A DNA stretch of 64,000 nucleotides from Phoronis australis (lineage: Eukaryota > Animalia > Phoronida), in NCBI GenBank assembly GCA_002633005.1, contig NMRA01000726.1, positions 101,873 to 165,872 on the forward strand, in the 5' to 3' direction. This document shows positions 1 through 12,470 of this stretch, piece after piece. The notes beneath the pieces were generated by a model, which was given only the letters and a program-made list of their open reading frames with translations, was not told the DNA's origin and searched no databases. Each line of letters begins with the position of its first letter. Positions within the stretch are counted from its first letter, which is position 1. The translations under genes were made by a program, and so were the position numbers.

Positions 1-1694
1 CCACTGAATAATGGGCACCAAACTGGTTCTCAAAACACGGGCACGTTACAACAGACTATTTGCCCTGTATTAGGACTTACATTTCTCCTCCTTGTGGACT
101 TCTAACACAGCTATGACAGCTCCAACATCGTTCTCTTCGATAGCATGAAGCATTTGACTCTGAAGATCAACTCTGTTTTCTTCATCCGACATTTTGACAC
201 CATCGGTTTACAGATCTCTGTAACGACACAATATAGTCTTCTTTTTAATAGGTTACGACGAATTTTCTTCATTTTTAGAACACAATGTGGAGGAACAATG
301 ATCGCAAATTATTCCATTAAAATTTTCAACAAAAGTAAATGTGAAAAGAAATTTACTTCAAAATTTCCAGACTTTATATTTTATAACTGCAATCCACAAA
401 CAATGATATTCACAAATTTTCGAATATACAATCAGGTTTTGAAAGTTGTAAAAATGATTTTGGCAATGATTTTTTTAAGATTTTAGGAAATTTTATTGAA
501 TGTGTGATGACACATTCACCTTTAATTTTCTTCATTATTTTGGGATAGACTCCGCCCAACACTTGGGTGTAGTTATAACTTTACTTTATATAGGCATAGC
601 GGTATTGCCCAAGTGACTATTCTCCCAAAGTTATTTTGCATCCAAATTATTCAGCTAGAGAAACTGTTATCTCCAGTGGCATCTCTTAGTCATGGCCATG
701 AACTTGAAATACCAGCAATCCTTCGGCACTGTCTAGTGACAAATTCATTGGCAAAGGACAACCTAAATATAGCACTCTTTCAAGAAAAATATTTGAACTT
801 TAAACTTGTCTGGGTATAAATGCATGTACATAATAACACAAGATGACCAAAAAATGACATCCCATATTTTAAAATTGTTCTGAATTGTTTCCTTGCTTCA
901 GCGAATCCACTAAGGGATAGGTCACTGCTTCCTCTTTCCTAGTTTCCATTTCAATTGGGAGGGTATCAAGTGATTTATTACTAATGACGTTATTGCAGTA
1001 ACTTCCTGTTTGAACTGCATTACAGGAACAGCTAGAAGAACAGAGTTTAGACAGCGTGTAGTTGTTTGTCTGATCATTTCTGCATCTACTGCTGTACTAG
1101 GGAGAAGTGACATGGGACTGTGTAGTCGTTTTTCTCAAGAAACCAGAGTTTGAGGTAACTACTGACAGAAAAAGCTGAGCATACATTGATATTTTTCCTG
1201 GTTTTGAAAGTTGTATTCTTACAATAGCGGAGGTAACAAAATATGCCCATAGCGCACTACTGCCAGGTTCTGTATTAGGTTGCTTACGTTATGTGCTACA
1301 CAGACAGAACCACTGGACAAGAAAGACAAACGCATGATTGTTGATGGCCAAGGTGGGGGTTCTAAAATGCATTGCTATGAACAAGGGGGTCAAACACAAA
1401 ACCGAAAGGGGTTTTGCCCAAGGGAGGGGGAGAGGGGCTTTTTGTAATGAAGAGGAGGTCAATGCCTTGCTGTGCCCCCCCCTCTCCTAAATGGCTGGGT
1501 CAGTCAGGTAACTATCTATCTATCCAGCAATTGTTAGCACACAACTAAGCCCTTGTAATTCTAAGGATAAAAGCTCAATTTGTTTTTATTTTTATCCTTT
1601 ACTTCTACAGAAATCAATTATGTCATATTTTATTAATATTTATTTTATTACCGAAACACTGAACCCGATGTAGAATGTGTCTTGTCATTTTTAG

Positions 1695-2160
1695 CTGCGT
1701 AGGCATGCATCTGGTATTGATTCGTGAGGGCTATGCGGCCATACATGTGCCGGACGTCACCTTGAGTGAAGGTTACAAACTGTCAATAGGGGGCATGGAG
1801 GTCGACACGCCTGACATCGAGCCTGCCCAGTGGTTTAAAACGCTTATCATGGACTATATGACGATTGACTGCAGCAAACGTATCGTAAAGTGGAGCACGG
1901 AGGCCTCAGAGACAGACTGCAAGTCTGAGCAGACGACACGCAATTCACACATTCTGTACAGCACAGGCGAATTTTCCGATTTCGAAACTCAAAGCGACGA
2001 GTTGTTCAACTTCATCGCTGAGGTGTTTGAACCAGATGGCCCTACGACTCCGTCGGCTATAAGTCAACTGATGCTGAGGTTGCTTCATTGTCACATATTG
2101 CCTAATGTTAAGATAGACCAGGACGACATTCCAAAGCTGAATGAAGCACTGAAAAAGCAG
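1695..2160 (+). CDS. VPS9-domain gene copy 1, exon A (unrecognised N-terminal region; candidate start ATG at 1705)
   Basis: Acceptor ttttag|c at 1694/1695 and donor aagcag|gtaagt at 2160/2161. Translation MHLVLIREGY...LKKQ aligns with 29964-30438, with splice sites at equivalent positions. Confidence 0.85.
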
Positions 2161-3339
2161 GTAAGTTATCAAAATATTTAACGAAGGGGAATTAAATATT
2201 TCGAGGAGGCAGTGTGGCCTAGTGTGATAGGTGCCACCATTCTTTACTCAAGGCCACACTGCTAACCCTTGAGTCACATTTCCAACTTCTCGGCTCGGTT
2301 TTAACTATTTAATAAAGCAAAAAATAGTTCCAGGTGATCAGTACAATGGACCCATATGCGCATCCTGCGCATATGTACAATGTACATGCTGTACCAGACT
2401 GCCTGCAATTTTTTTTTAAATTAAAGATTCATGCATGCAACTTCACAGCAGTTTTTCATTAATGTTGAATACACAGCTAGGCTTGGATTCACTAATTATT
2501 TGAAGTGGGTTCAGACTGATCATATCCACATCCTTTCTGATGCTTACAGCATAACTTTAATTTGGTGAACATAATTAAGTGAAGAGTACATTCAAAATCA
2601 ATCAGTCAAGAAGTTGATGTCAATGTAATTTTCACGTATTTTAACCCAGTTATAGTGAATCAATTTTTATGATTTGGCCACCGATTTCAATAATTTCTAA
2701 TGTTTCGTGTATTTATGAAATCATTAATTCTTGAAAACCAGTAGTTTTTCAAAAAGCAGTTTGATACTTTGATAGACAGAACTGTTTATTAAATTTCATA
2801 ACCCTGCTCGCAAAGCAATTAACTCTCTTCTTGCCTGGAAACAGTTTGAATGATTATTGCTGACCAAAATAAAGTTTAGATGCCTCCGGCCAAGCGTTGT
2901 GCAATAGTAGCCAGCAGGGTATCTGGACCTTGCCTTACATTTAGCAGATTTAGCAGTCAGTGTGCATGACAAATCCGTGTAATGTTACTTCCAAAACCAA
3001 AACTTTGCACCATTCAGTGGTATATATCCATGACCTGGTTTGACTCATACACCAAAGACAAAAATGCGGAAATGTGAGGATAGTTATTTGTTAAGCATGT
3101 GAGGACATCTGTTGACAATTGGCACAAAAGCAAGGCGATTTTTTCTGATCAATAATTGCTTATTCACAACACGTCTACCACCTACATTTACTGAATAAAG
3201 TCTTAGTTAGGCAAACAAAGTGCCTTCAAATTATGACGAACCTAAAACAAACCATACAAGAGCAACGCGGACAGTTGAAATGCGCCCACGAATGCATTGC
3301 AAATAGTGTGTTTTTAGGGTTATTTATTTCTATCATAAA

Positions 3340-4620
3340 AATGGCCTAGATGGCGCAAAAACATATAATTCACCCAAAAACAGGAAAATGCCATATTTCA
3401 TAAAAATCTGTCAAGGAACTTCGGAGAAACAAAGGAAAACAGAATGAAATGAAATTGCCACTAGTGGGCACAGTGTCCGTTGGGTCCACCGGAAAGTCGT
3501 CGTCTGTTGTTATCTTCATATAAATACACTTACTAAATTTAGTAAAGATCCTGCAGTGGGTTTAGGAGATACAACTGTGGGTGCAAAACAAAACCACCAC
3601 TAGGAGGCGCAAGAGTAGTCAGTCACCATGATCAAAGGTCGTCTTCACACTGAGAGCATATATATGCCAATTTTCAAATGATTTGGTTGATACAGGGGTG
3701 GACACCAAAAACAAGATTTGAAAACAGCAGAAATGGCCACCAGGTGGTGCAAAATACCTTGATTCAATCCAAAAACAGAAAGATAGCGTCATCACACCAA
3801 TAGATGCCTATATTTAAAATTTTATGAAAATCTGTTGAGGACCTTGGAACATACTAAGTTAAACGCAAAAAATAAAAAATTGCCACAAGGAGGCACAGCA
3901 GTAGTCAGGTCTGTCCAAAAGTCGTCGTCATCCGTAGTCAACATCATATAAATACACATGCTAAATTAAGTAAAGATCCTGCGAACAGTTTAGGAGATAC
4001 AGCCATAGGCACAACAAAAACAAAACTGCCACTAGGAGGTGCCACAGTAGTCGAAATCGTCGGAAAATCATCGTCAACCGTCCTCTTAATAGTAAGCACA
4101 TACCTGCCAATTTTTACAATCATCCTTTCACGGCTTTGGTTGATAGAGAGGTGGACACAAAAAACAGACTCGAAAACAGTAAAAATGGCCACTAGGTGGC
4201 GCAAACTACATCGAATCCATCCGAGAATGGGAGGATAGCGTCACCTCGCTAATAGGTGCCTATATATTTCATGAAAATCTGTTAAGGACTTTTGAAGATA
4301 CAAACTGGTAAACATATAAAAATAAAATTGCCACTAGGGGGCACACCGGTAGTCGAATCTGTCCAAAAGTCATAGTCTTCTGTTGTTAACATCATATAAA
4401 TGTACTTATTAAATTTTGTAAAGATCCTACGAACGGTTTAGGTGATATAGCCATAGGCGCAAAAAAACAAAACTGCCACTAGGAAGCACCAGTAATAGGT
4501 GCCTACATACCAAATTTCATGAAAATCCGTTCAGGACTTTTGAAGATACAAAGGTAAGCGTAAAAAACTAAAATTGTCACTAGGAGGCACACCCGTAGAC
4601 GGATCCATCCGAAAGTTTGC
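3340..4620. repeat. Degenerate ~145-bp tandem repeat with ~430-450-bp (3-mer) higher-order structure and CTCF-like motifs
   Basis: ccac(t/c/a)agNNggc(g/a)c-type motif at about 3345, 3459, 3597, 3737, 3883, 4029, 4189, 4331, 4476 and 4577. Blocks such as catataaatacac..taaagatcctg and gtggacac recur every third monomer. Confidence 0.85.
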
Positions 4621-4639
4621 TCATGCCGTCCGCTACTAA

Positions 4640-4752
4640 AACAAAAAAAATATCTTACATGAGAGGGGACAAACACCCTCCCAACCTTGCCTCCGCTCGG
4701 CCCTACGCACCTCAGATTCGCGCGAATCCTAACCCCCCTTATTGAAAACGTA
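4640..4752. repeat. Dispersed repeat; inverted copy at about 28533-28645
   Basis: attcgcgcgaatcctaacccc..ttattgaaaacgta versus tacgttttcaataaggaggggttaggattcgcgcgaat. Confidence 0.7.
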
Positions 4753-5006
4753 GATCATCAACTGAATTACGTACCTATACTGAGGAACATTTGAATGAGC
4801 CAAATTGGTTACGTATGTTGTCTGGGGAGGTTCCATAAATTAAAACTCTTATGGTATGTATTTCTGTTCTAATAGTTCTTTGCATTGCACCCACTTGTGG
4901 AAGTATAAAAATGATTTTGGTTATTATGAAGAATGTCATGAGTAGACCTATAATGAAACTCTTATGGTAAGTATTTATGAGCTGATAATTCATTGCATTC
5001 TTTCAG

Positions 5007-5582
5007 CAACGTCTGCTCACAATGTTAGAAGAGCGTGTGGACGAATTGAGCAAAGAAAACAGTCAACATAAACACATTCTTCAAAAAAACTGCAACAAAA
5101 TTATTGACGATCTGCACAAAGACCCTGACGACGTGATCAATTTCGGCTCGAAAATCCTTCCAATACTGAAGGATCATGTGTCGCAGGAATGTCAACGCCT
5201 TGAACGAGAACTGGAACAGTTGGAAAACGCCGTGCTGAATGCAAAAAAGGAAGTAGAATGTTGCCCCGGTGATGAACAACTGCAGTGGGACATGAAGCGG
5301 AAACGAGTGATGCGTGATGCACTCTACGAGGAGAGGTACCTCAAGGTAGTCAGCGTCAGAGAATTGCTATCAGAGCAACTTGTCGCATCTCAAAAGACAC
5401 AGTCGTTGTCACCAAGGAGTAGCAAGTCGTTCGGGCACCACATGAAAGTCTTGATACAGAAACGAAAAGAGACAAAAGTGACAACACGTGACAAAGTGCG
5501 TATTCAACACGACCTCTATGTGAAGCGGTCAGAAATAAAGGCACAAACCAAAGATAAAATCAAAACCCTGATGGGGCAAAAG
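5007..5582 (+). CDS. VPS9-domain gene copy 1, exon B (helical/coiled-coil, basic)
   Basis: tttcag|caa acceptor and aag|gtgcgt donor; 576 nt, phase 0-0; homologous to 34471-35049; heptad-like segment CQRLERELEQLENAVLNAKKEV. Confidence 0.85.
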
Positions 5583-7334
5583 GTGCGTTGGCAGCGTCTG
5601 AATTTTGGGCATGAGAGGAGGCAACAGTTTTTCATTTTTGGCTCGGTGGGCATAACTTCAAGTCCCCATGGTGGCTTAGAATTTTTGTTGTTTTGAAGTT
5701 ACCTGCAACGTCTGGGGAACTGTGCTCTTATTCATATAACTGTCCCAGTTGGACTGTGCAACTAAACACAGGTTAACGAGTTTATGGTCCTGGCTGAGAT
5801 GATAATTTTACTACTCCCTGTACCAACCAATGATAACACACACATCTTTGACACTAATTACACTGTGACTAAATGTGCTAACCCCGTGTATGAATTTCAA
5901 GATACACATCAAAAATTTTTTTTTCATGAAGTTGTGTAACTGGAAGAAAAACCTAATTAGATGCGGGCGATCTCACGCAATCTGCATGTCTGCCTGAGAA
6001 TAGTAGCCTTAACTTTCGCCCAACTGTGAGAGATCAAAGTGCACTCTTGAGCCTTTTATGAACATGCAGACTAATACCAAAAGTGAGGAGAAATCAAGGA
6101 AAATGCCTTTAAGCTTCACTAGACCTAGCACTAATCATGCAATTGAAATCGCCAAAATTCCCATTATCCATTTTTTAATATTGATGTCTCCCTTCTTAAA
6201 ATAGTTACCACCATGCATTTCCTTAATTTTCGAGGTTTCACTTCACTAATATGAAATGAATACCATAAAATCTAACTAAATTAGTACTTTCTATATCAAA
6301 GAGTCACAATTTTCTTAATGTTGAAGAAAAATTAGTTATTTCCAAGTTTCCCGCCAAATGATGTTATGGGTGGAAGACTTGGTAACTTGACAATCAACTG
6401 GGTGACTATTACCGGTATGCAAAACAGACACTCAATAATCACTGAAAAGGGCCACAGTAAATCTGGGCCATTCATATCACTATTGCCAGGATGGAATGAG
6501 CACGGACTAAACACAATGCATAGGCTATGTATGTGCCGTAGCACCCAATCTGGGCTGGGGACAAGGGCCTGGCATCACTCACCCTAGAATGAAAGTAGGC
6601 AGGTGAGTGACCTTCATTAAAACAAAGCTAGTGCTTGGTCGAAACATAATTCCTTGAAATGTGCCAAACAGAGGTTTGCTCCCGACTGAATCGCATATCC
6701 AATACTAACATCCCGCACTCTCATACAGCGCACAAACCGACGCCATTTCTGGGCAACTTTCATGTGGGAAATTTGAACACAGAGACGTTCTCAGTCAAGT
6801 TGCTGTTACTACTGTCACCACCAATGACAAACGTACCTTTCCTAGTCTGAAAAAGGAGGCTCTCCACGGACTTTCCTCACAACGCCTCAGTATCGCACTG
6901 GTAAAAACAACAATGCGGAGATGGTCTTCCACCCATTATGTACATTAACCTCGATAATTTTTGGCTATAAAATTTTCTAAGATGTATTACTCTTTTTGAG
7001 ACACAAGGTCATGGTGGAAGCTCTATAAAACAAATGTCTCAGTCCCTATACCTGTGCTCAAATTTTCAGCAAAACATATTGGGTGGCAATTAAACATAAG
7101 TACAACAGACCTCTTTTTATTAAAATTATTCCTCTTGAGGAAACGGACTAATGAAATACTCACATCACTCATATTTTGTTTAAAATAGTAATTAAAATTC
7201 CTACGACACTTGTTTGTCTGACATGGCATTGGTTTAAATCTTTTACTCATGGTAATCAGCAACTGCCTCTGTTGTTCTAGCTCTAACAGTGCACCCTGCT
7301 GTCTCGATGAGTGACTTACTATAATACTTCATAG

Positions 7335-7615
7335 GTTTTGATGACGAGTGTAAAGGAAGCCATCGTTATGACGATAACGGACCTGCAGAGCAAGGACTGC
7401 ACCATTGGCCTACAGACAAAGCATGGTCACTTGTACAAGTATCCTACAGATGTGTTGAATCAAACCAAACTACCTCCTGAGTGGCTCGCATTTGAGGACC
7501 AAGTGACGGAGATGGTGACTAATGGAAGTGATGTCGTTGGCGCCAAGCACTCCGCATTCTGTCAACTAGTTATCACTACCTGCCAGGATGCTTGCCGAGA
7601 GGACACTTATTACAG
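7335..7615 (+). CDS. VPS9-domain gene copy 1, exon C
   Basis: catag|gtt acceptor and tacag|gtgaat donor; 281 nt, the same length as 35664-35944; phase 0-2 joins exon D in frame. Confidence 0.85.
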
Positions 7616-7630
7616 GTGAATTGGAATGAA

Positions 7631-7880
7631 AAGATCCTATAGGATTCTTCAGGATCCTATAGGATTCTTCAGGATCCTATAGGATTCTTCAGGATCCTAT
7701 AGGATTCTTCAGGATCCTATAGGATTCTTCAGGATCCTATAGGATTCTTCAGGATCCTATAGCATTCTTCAGGATCCTATAGGATTCTTCAGGATCCTAT
7801 AGGATTCTTCAGGATCCTATAGGATTCTTCAGGATCCTATAGCATTCTTCAGGATCCTATAGGATTCTTCAGGATCCTAC
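7631..7880. repeat. 20-bp minisatellite (aggatcctataggattcttc) x12.5
   Basis: Direct reading; near-perfect units, with an agcattcttc variant at 7761 and 7841. Confidence 0.97.
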
Positions 7881-8647
7881 ATGCCACTTGTACATCATAA
7901 ACCTGAAGTCACACGTACTATTTGTTCACCAGGAATACCTGTATATACCCGTGTACCTGAGAAACCTATAGGAATTCTTTGACCAAGGCAGTTTATTGCA
8001 TAATATATGATGCTCTGCAAAAGAAGGCATATCTAGTTTACGGGTATATCCCAACAGACACAATTTTTATCAAATAGATATTGCCAATCTCTTTTGGCGG
8101 GACTGTCCCGCTAACGACGCTTCGTCCTACGTCCCGCCGAATCATTAGAATTTCCCGCTTTTTGACGTGCCACCAAATATGCAAATTTCTGCATCAGGTA
8201 CTCATTTCATAGACATAGCTAAAAAAGAAAAAACGCACGTCTGAGTGTTATTGCAGACATTTAGTCCATCACGAAATTGTCTCAATCCATGTGTCCCACA
8301 ATTCAATTTTGAATGTCGGCAGCTATGGAAACGCAAAAAGTAAAACTTAAGAAGTAAGACCATCAGTTCCGTTTCTACGACAACCATCTTCCTTAAGTTT
8401 ATTTTCCAGCCACTAAAAGCTCTATATTTATCTTATTTTCACATATAATTAGAACACCATTCTGTTCTACTGTTCTCGAAAACCCAAAAAATTGAAATGG
8501 TTATCATAACTTTGGGAGTTAGAGAGAAGTTCTGGTGGAGAGCGCTACAGAAACTTTTAGGTACCATACTAGCGCAAAATTTTGAACACGATGAGGTGTC
8601 TCAGATGCAAGGTCAATTTATTACTTCAACTGTTTTCTTTCACACAG

Positions 8648-9965
8648 GATGGTGGACAGAGCATTGTCTGAAAAATGTTGGGGGTTTCAGATTCCAGAAG
8701 ACACCACCAGCTGGCTCTGCTATAGCTCAACCAGTGAGGGTGAAGGTTTCTGCGATAAAAATGCCACTCCGACCAGGAAAGCAATTTATAGGCTGAAGAC
8801 CATGATATCACAACATCTTGAGGAAATCTGTGCCATCATAGGCGATCGGCTGCAGACGTCGTCTACGATAAAAGTTCGTATTGCATATGAGACTCATTTT
8901 TATGCTGAATTGAGTGAGTTTTTGATCTCGCTGTATACGTCTGCATACTCAGACTGCACAAAAACACTGCAAACACAGGCCGGATATTTAACTGTGGAAG
9001 AGTTGGAAATCACAGAGATCTGGATTCTGAACATGCTGGAAAATAGAAGGGATAGTGGAATCGAGATGGAGAACCAAATGAATCAAACACAGCCAAAGAA
9101 GCCACTTACGCATACTGACCACAAAACATTTGAATTTGAAAACTTGTTAGTCACTTCTGCGGCAAACAAAGACGACAGCTGCGATAACCAGCCAATCGTG
9201 GATAGCGTAAGCAGTGACGGTGACACTAGCGTTCATGTACACGATGACGAGCTACCAGAAAATGAGTCTACGGAGTCTGAAGTTGCCATTGCGTCTTGGA
9301 TAAGTAGTGACGATCAACATTCTGCTGATGAACAACGCAAGGATGAATTTCACACTTCACAAGGGAGCGATAAGAGCGTTAAAGATGAATTTGAAGACAG
9401 CTTTGCTTCTTACAGTTCTGATCAAAATTATACTGATGACAACTGTAATGATGAATTTTACACTTCTGGCAACAAATCAAATGCTTTACCAGAAGGCAAT
9501 AGAGTTCATGTGCACGGCGATAGGCTTAAAACAGATGACGAACCTGCTGCATCTGAAAACTTGATGAAATCACGTGAATTTAATGTCCAATCGGAGAAGT
9601 TCAAGCACGTCTTTGACACAGCCTACCATTGTCTGACCTCCCTGGGCGACGAGAACACACCCCTGAAGAAGATGCAGATGTTGACCAGGTGCCTCCGCGC
9701 CATCACCACCACCCTATCTAAACCAGAGACCACAAAATGCCAATCAACTGTATGCTCCGATGACTTAATCCCGATTCTACAGATACTAATACTGAACCTG
9801 ACACTAGACCAGATTGGTAGACTCTACGTAGAGTTAAAGTTCATTAATGATTTCATGCCTCCCTTTTTAGAGACTGGTGTACACTGCTACTCTGCAGTTC
9901 AACTAGAGGGGGCGTTCCAGGATATCTTCACCAAGCTGATGAAGATCAAAAATCGTAAAACATGA
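8648..9965 (+). CDS. VPS9-domain gene copy 1, terminal exon D (helical region, acidic insert, VPS9 domain)
   Basis: cacacag|g acceptor; open to TGA at 9963-9965. Contains VPS9 hallmarks TPLKKMQMLTRCLRAI, CSDDLIPIL (cf. xADDxLP) and LETGVHCYSAVQLEGA (cf. GExGYxxTxL). Confidence 0.9.
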
Positions 9966-11107
9966 AAGGAAGGGTAGTTGGGGTAGTTGACTTGAAAAGA
10001 AGAATCGAACACACTGAACTTGACATTTAGACAGTGATTTTTAAAACGGAAGCATTCGACACATAAATCCGCTGCTTTAAGCAATTATGTTTCCTGAACT
10101 GCCAAAGCTTGTTTACTTTCTTTAGAACTTAATGCTTAGTATATATCAGTTCATATGAGTCTTTTTTGCGAAAGTTTCCAGGAAATTTTTCAATTGAGCG
10201 AACAATTACCCAATGTATGCATATGTGCACTAAACTTTTAACACTCCAGGAAATATTAAAAAATCATAAAATACTCACATGAAGGTTAAAGATACCTAAT
10301 TATGTTTCCTAAAACGCGTGAACATGACAATTCTCTTTAAAACTTTGTTAAAAAACTAACAAACTTAAGGTAATTGTTTGTCTGAATATAGTCCGGGCTC
10401 TGTTTGATGAAAGCTGAAGTCGCTAGTTTGATTGTTGGCATGACAACAACAGCATTGTTCCGCAAGCACCAACAGTATTGTTATTTCAGTCTAAGTTAAA
10501 ATAGCTTCATGAAATGCAGCCCAGATCTTCCTTGTTCTCAATTTTCAGGATGCTTGTCTTCAATTGTCTGGGGTATGCTACACCATTTTGCAATTGGGGC
10601 ATGTTATAAGAAACTTCTGGTGATTACTGTCTTGAGATTTTAACAGCACTCTCTACGCAAACAAACATGACAACCTATATGATACTTTATCAACCCTACG
10701 TCAGTTTTTTTTTGGCAAATTTATCACCAAGTAACGTTCAGTTATGTAAGTGGACAACCAACTTCAGTTGTTAATTTTCAATGAGAAGATTTTTACAAAA
10801 CAGAAAGTATTTTTGAAACACTCAAAATTTGAAACAGCTTTTTTTTCTCTCGAGTCTGGATCTAACTACAGTTTTAGAAGACAGGAGTCCATTTTATCAA
10901 AGATCGCAAGTTCAGTCAAAACAAAGACAATTCTAGGCACTTTACTTCAAATGCGAAGCTCTGTTCTTTAGAAGAGCAAAAATTTGCATCCGACTTAAAA
11001 TTTTACCAAAAGTGAATGTTTCAAGTGAAACTTAAGGCCTTCACAGTCACATAAACGTGTTGCGCGTCAAGTAAAATCAGTGACGGATTTTATTACGGGC
11101 TGGAAAT

Positions 11108-12470
11108 ATGAACTTTAATGAAAAGGCCTTCCACACCAAAGTACATGGAATGACTGCTAAGGCCAGTACCCTATTTTGGTCTTACCTCATGGACCGAAAA
11201 CAGTGCTTCAGAGACTCAAACACTACTAGTCGTGGGACGAGACTTAATAGGGGTGTCCCCTACAATTCGGTGCTTTTTAATGTCTTCATCAATGATTTGT
11301 TCCTTTGTATCAATGATGATTGTAAGCAGTACAATCATGCTGATGACAACACTATCTCTGTACGTGGTCTTTGTCTGGATCAACTTGCCATTAAACTAAA
11401 GTAAAAGGTCAATCAGGTCACCTCATCGTTCGATGACAATTTTATGGAGGCCGATCCAGATAAATTCCTTTGATTGTCTTACACCGTTCGTACGTACAAT
11501 ACCGTTGGAAATTAATATTACAGGCTTCGTGATAAAATCCAAACCTCATGTCAATCTAGGCGTCGAGATTCCGTAAACGTTCGGGTTAACACCCTAGGTG
11601 GTTAAATTGGCAAACCCATAAAATCGGGAGTGGGCGATTAACCAGACATGGGCGATTAACCAGACATGGGCGCTTAAAACGTGAAATTTCAAGAAATCCA
11701 GGGTGGGCGGTTAACTGAACATGGGCGCTTATTACGACAGGCAACCGCCCTGGGCAGTTAAATCTTACCTCGTGATCTAAGTCCCCACAGCACACATGTA
11801 CTCGGAACGCGTAGCATTTTTCAATGTCACGTCACCACATGAGGGGGAAAAATGTCATAACAGCGGATGATCCCAACAAAGGTTCTATTGCCCTCAGATT
11901 AGTTATTCACTATTAAATTTACAGAATTGCTGAGTAATCGCCCCGTGCCGTCCTGCGGTCTTGTTACTTTGCCCTGTAGAGCGCAGACGACCAGTGACCA
12001 CGCAGCCTCAACTTTGATTGCTGCTATTTCAAGATGTGATCTTGCTAAAGTGCGCGCGTGCAAGCTTCACGCGTTGCAGAGGTCACCTCGTACTAGCTGT
12101 CAAGTTCATAGTCAGAGAGCAGTTGTAATAAAAGTTTGAAAAACTTAATTCAGATGTTGGTTTTTTTGTGTTTGGGATGTTTATAGTCGACACTCCATGA
12201 CTCAACTATTGACATTTTCAGCGTATGGTTCTGTGGCTAGCTGTTTTATCTCGACCGCCTGGCATTGCTCACTTGCCGTTGCGCCAAACATGCTCGGCAA
12301 AGAAGACAAGAATCGGGGTTAAATGTGGACGGTTAAATTGAAAATACAACTAAAGTAGGGGTGGCCCGTTAACTGAGCATGGGCGTTAACCCGAACGTTT
12401 ACAGTAATCATAGATTGACTTGCGATATCCACGTCTGTGAGGTTTGCAGAAAGACTGCTTCACCGAGCTT
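11108..12470 (+). pseudogene. Decayed non-LTR retrotransposon reverse transcriptase fragment (CR1/L2/Jockey-like), split by a MITE
   Basis: SYLMDRKQ...GVPYNSV.LFNVFINDL...YNHADDNT matches the RT motifs GVPQGS, LFxxFINDL and YADD. LGVE before 11570 continues as an HRLT.DIHV.EVCRK-like segment after 12405. Contains stops and frameshifts. Confidence 0.8.
11571..12404. mobile_element. Non-autonomous Tc1/mariner(pogo)-type DNA transposon
   Basis: TIRs ccgtaaacgttcgggttaac and gttaacccgaacgtttacag; TA on the right (left is tt); subterminal gggcgattaaccagacat repeats. Confidence 0.85.

Noticed and set aside
1101-1154. Candidate upstream coding exon of copy 1 (tag|gga...gag|gtaact)
   Set aside because: Its phase does not match exon A and I found no counterpart upstream of copy 2.
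3340-4620. CRISPR-like conserved motif with variable spacers
   Set aside because: The spacers are homologous to each other with a 3-unit period, so it is a degenerate satellite.
7631-7880. CRISPR-like array of palindromic repeats
   Set aside because: No unique spacers, no cas genes, and it lies in a eukaryotic intron; it is a minisatellite.
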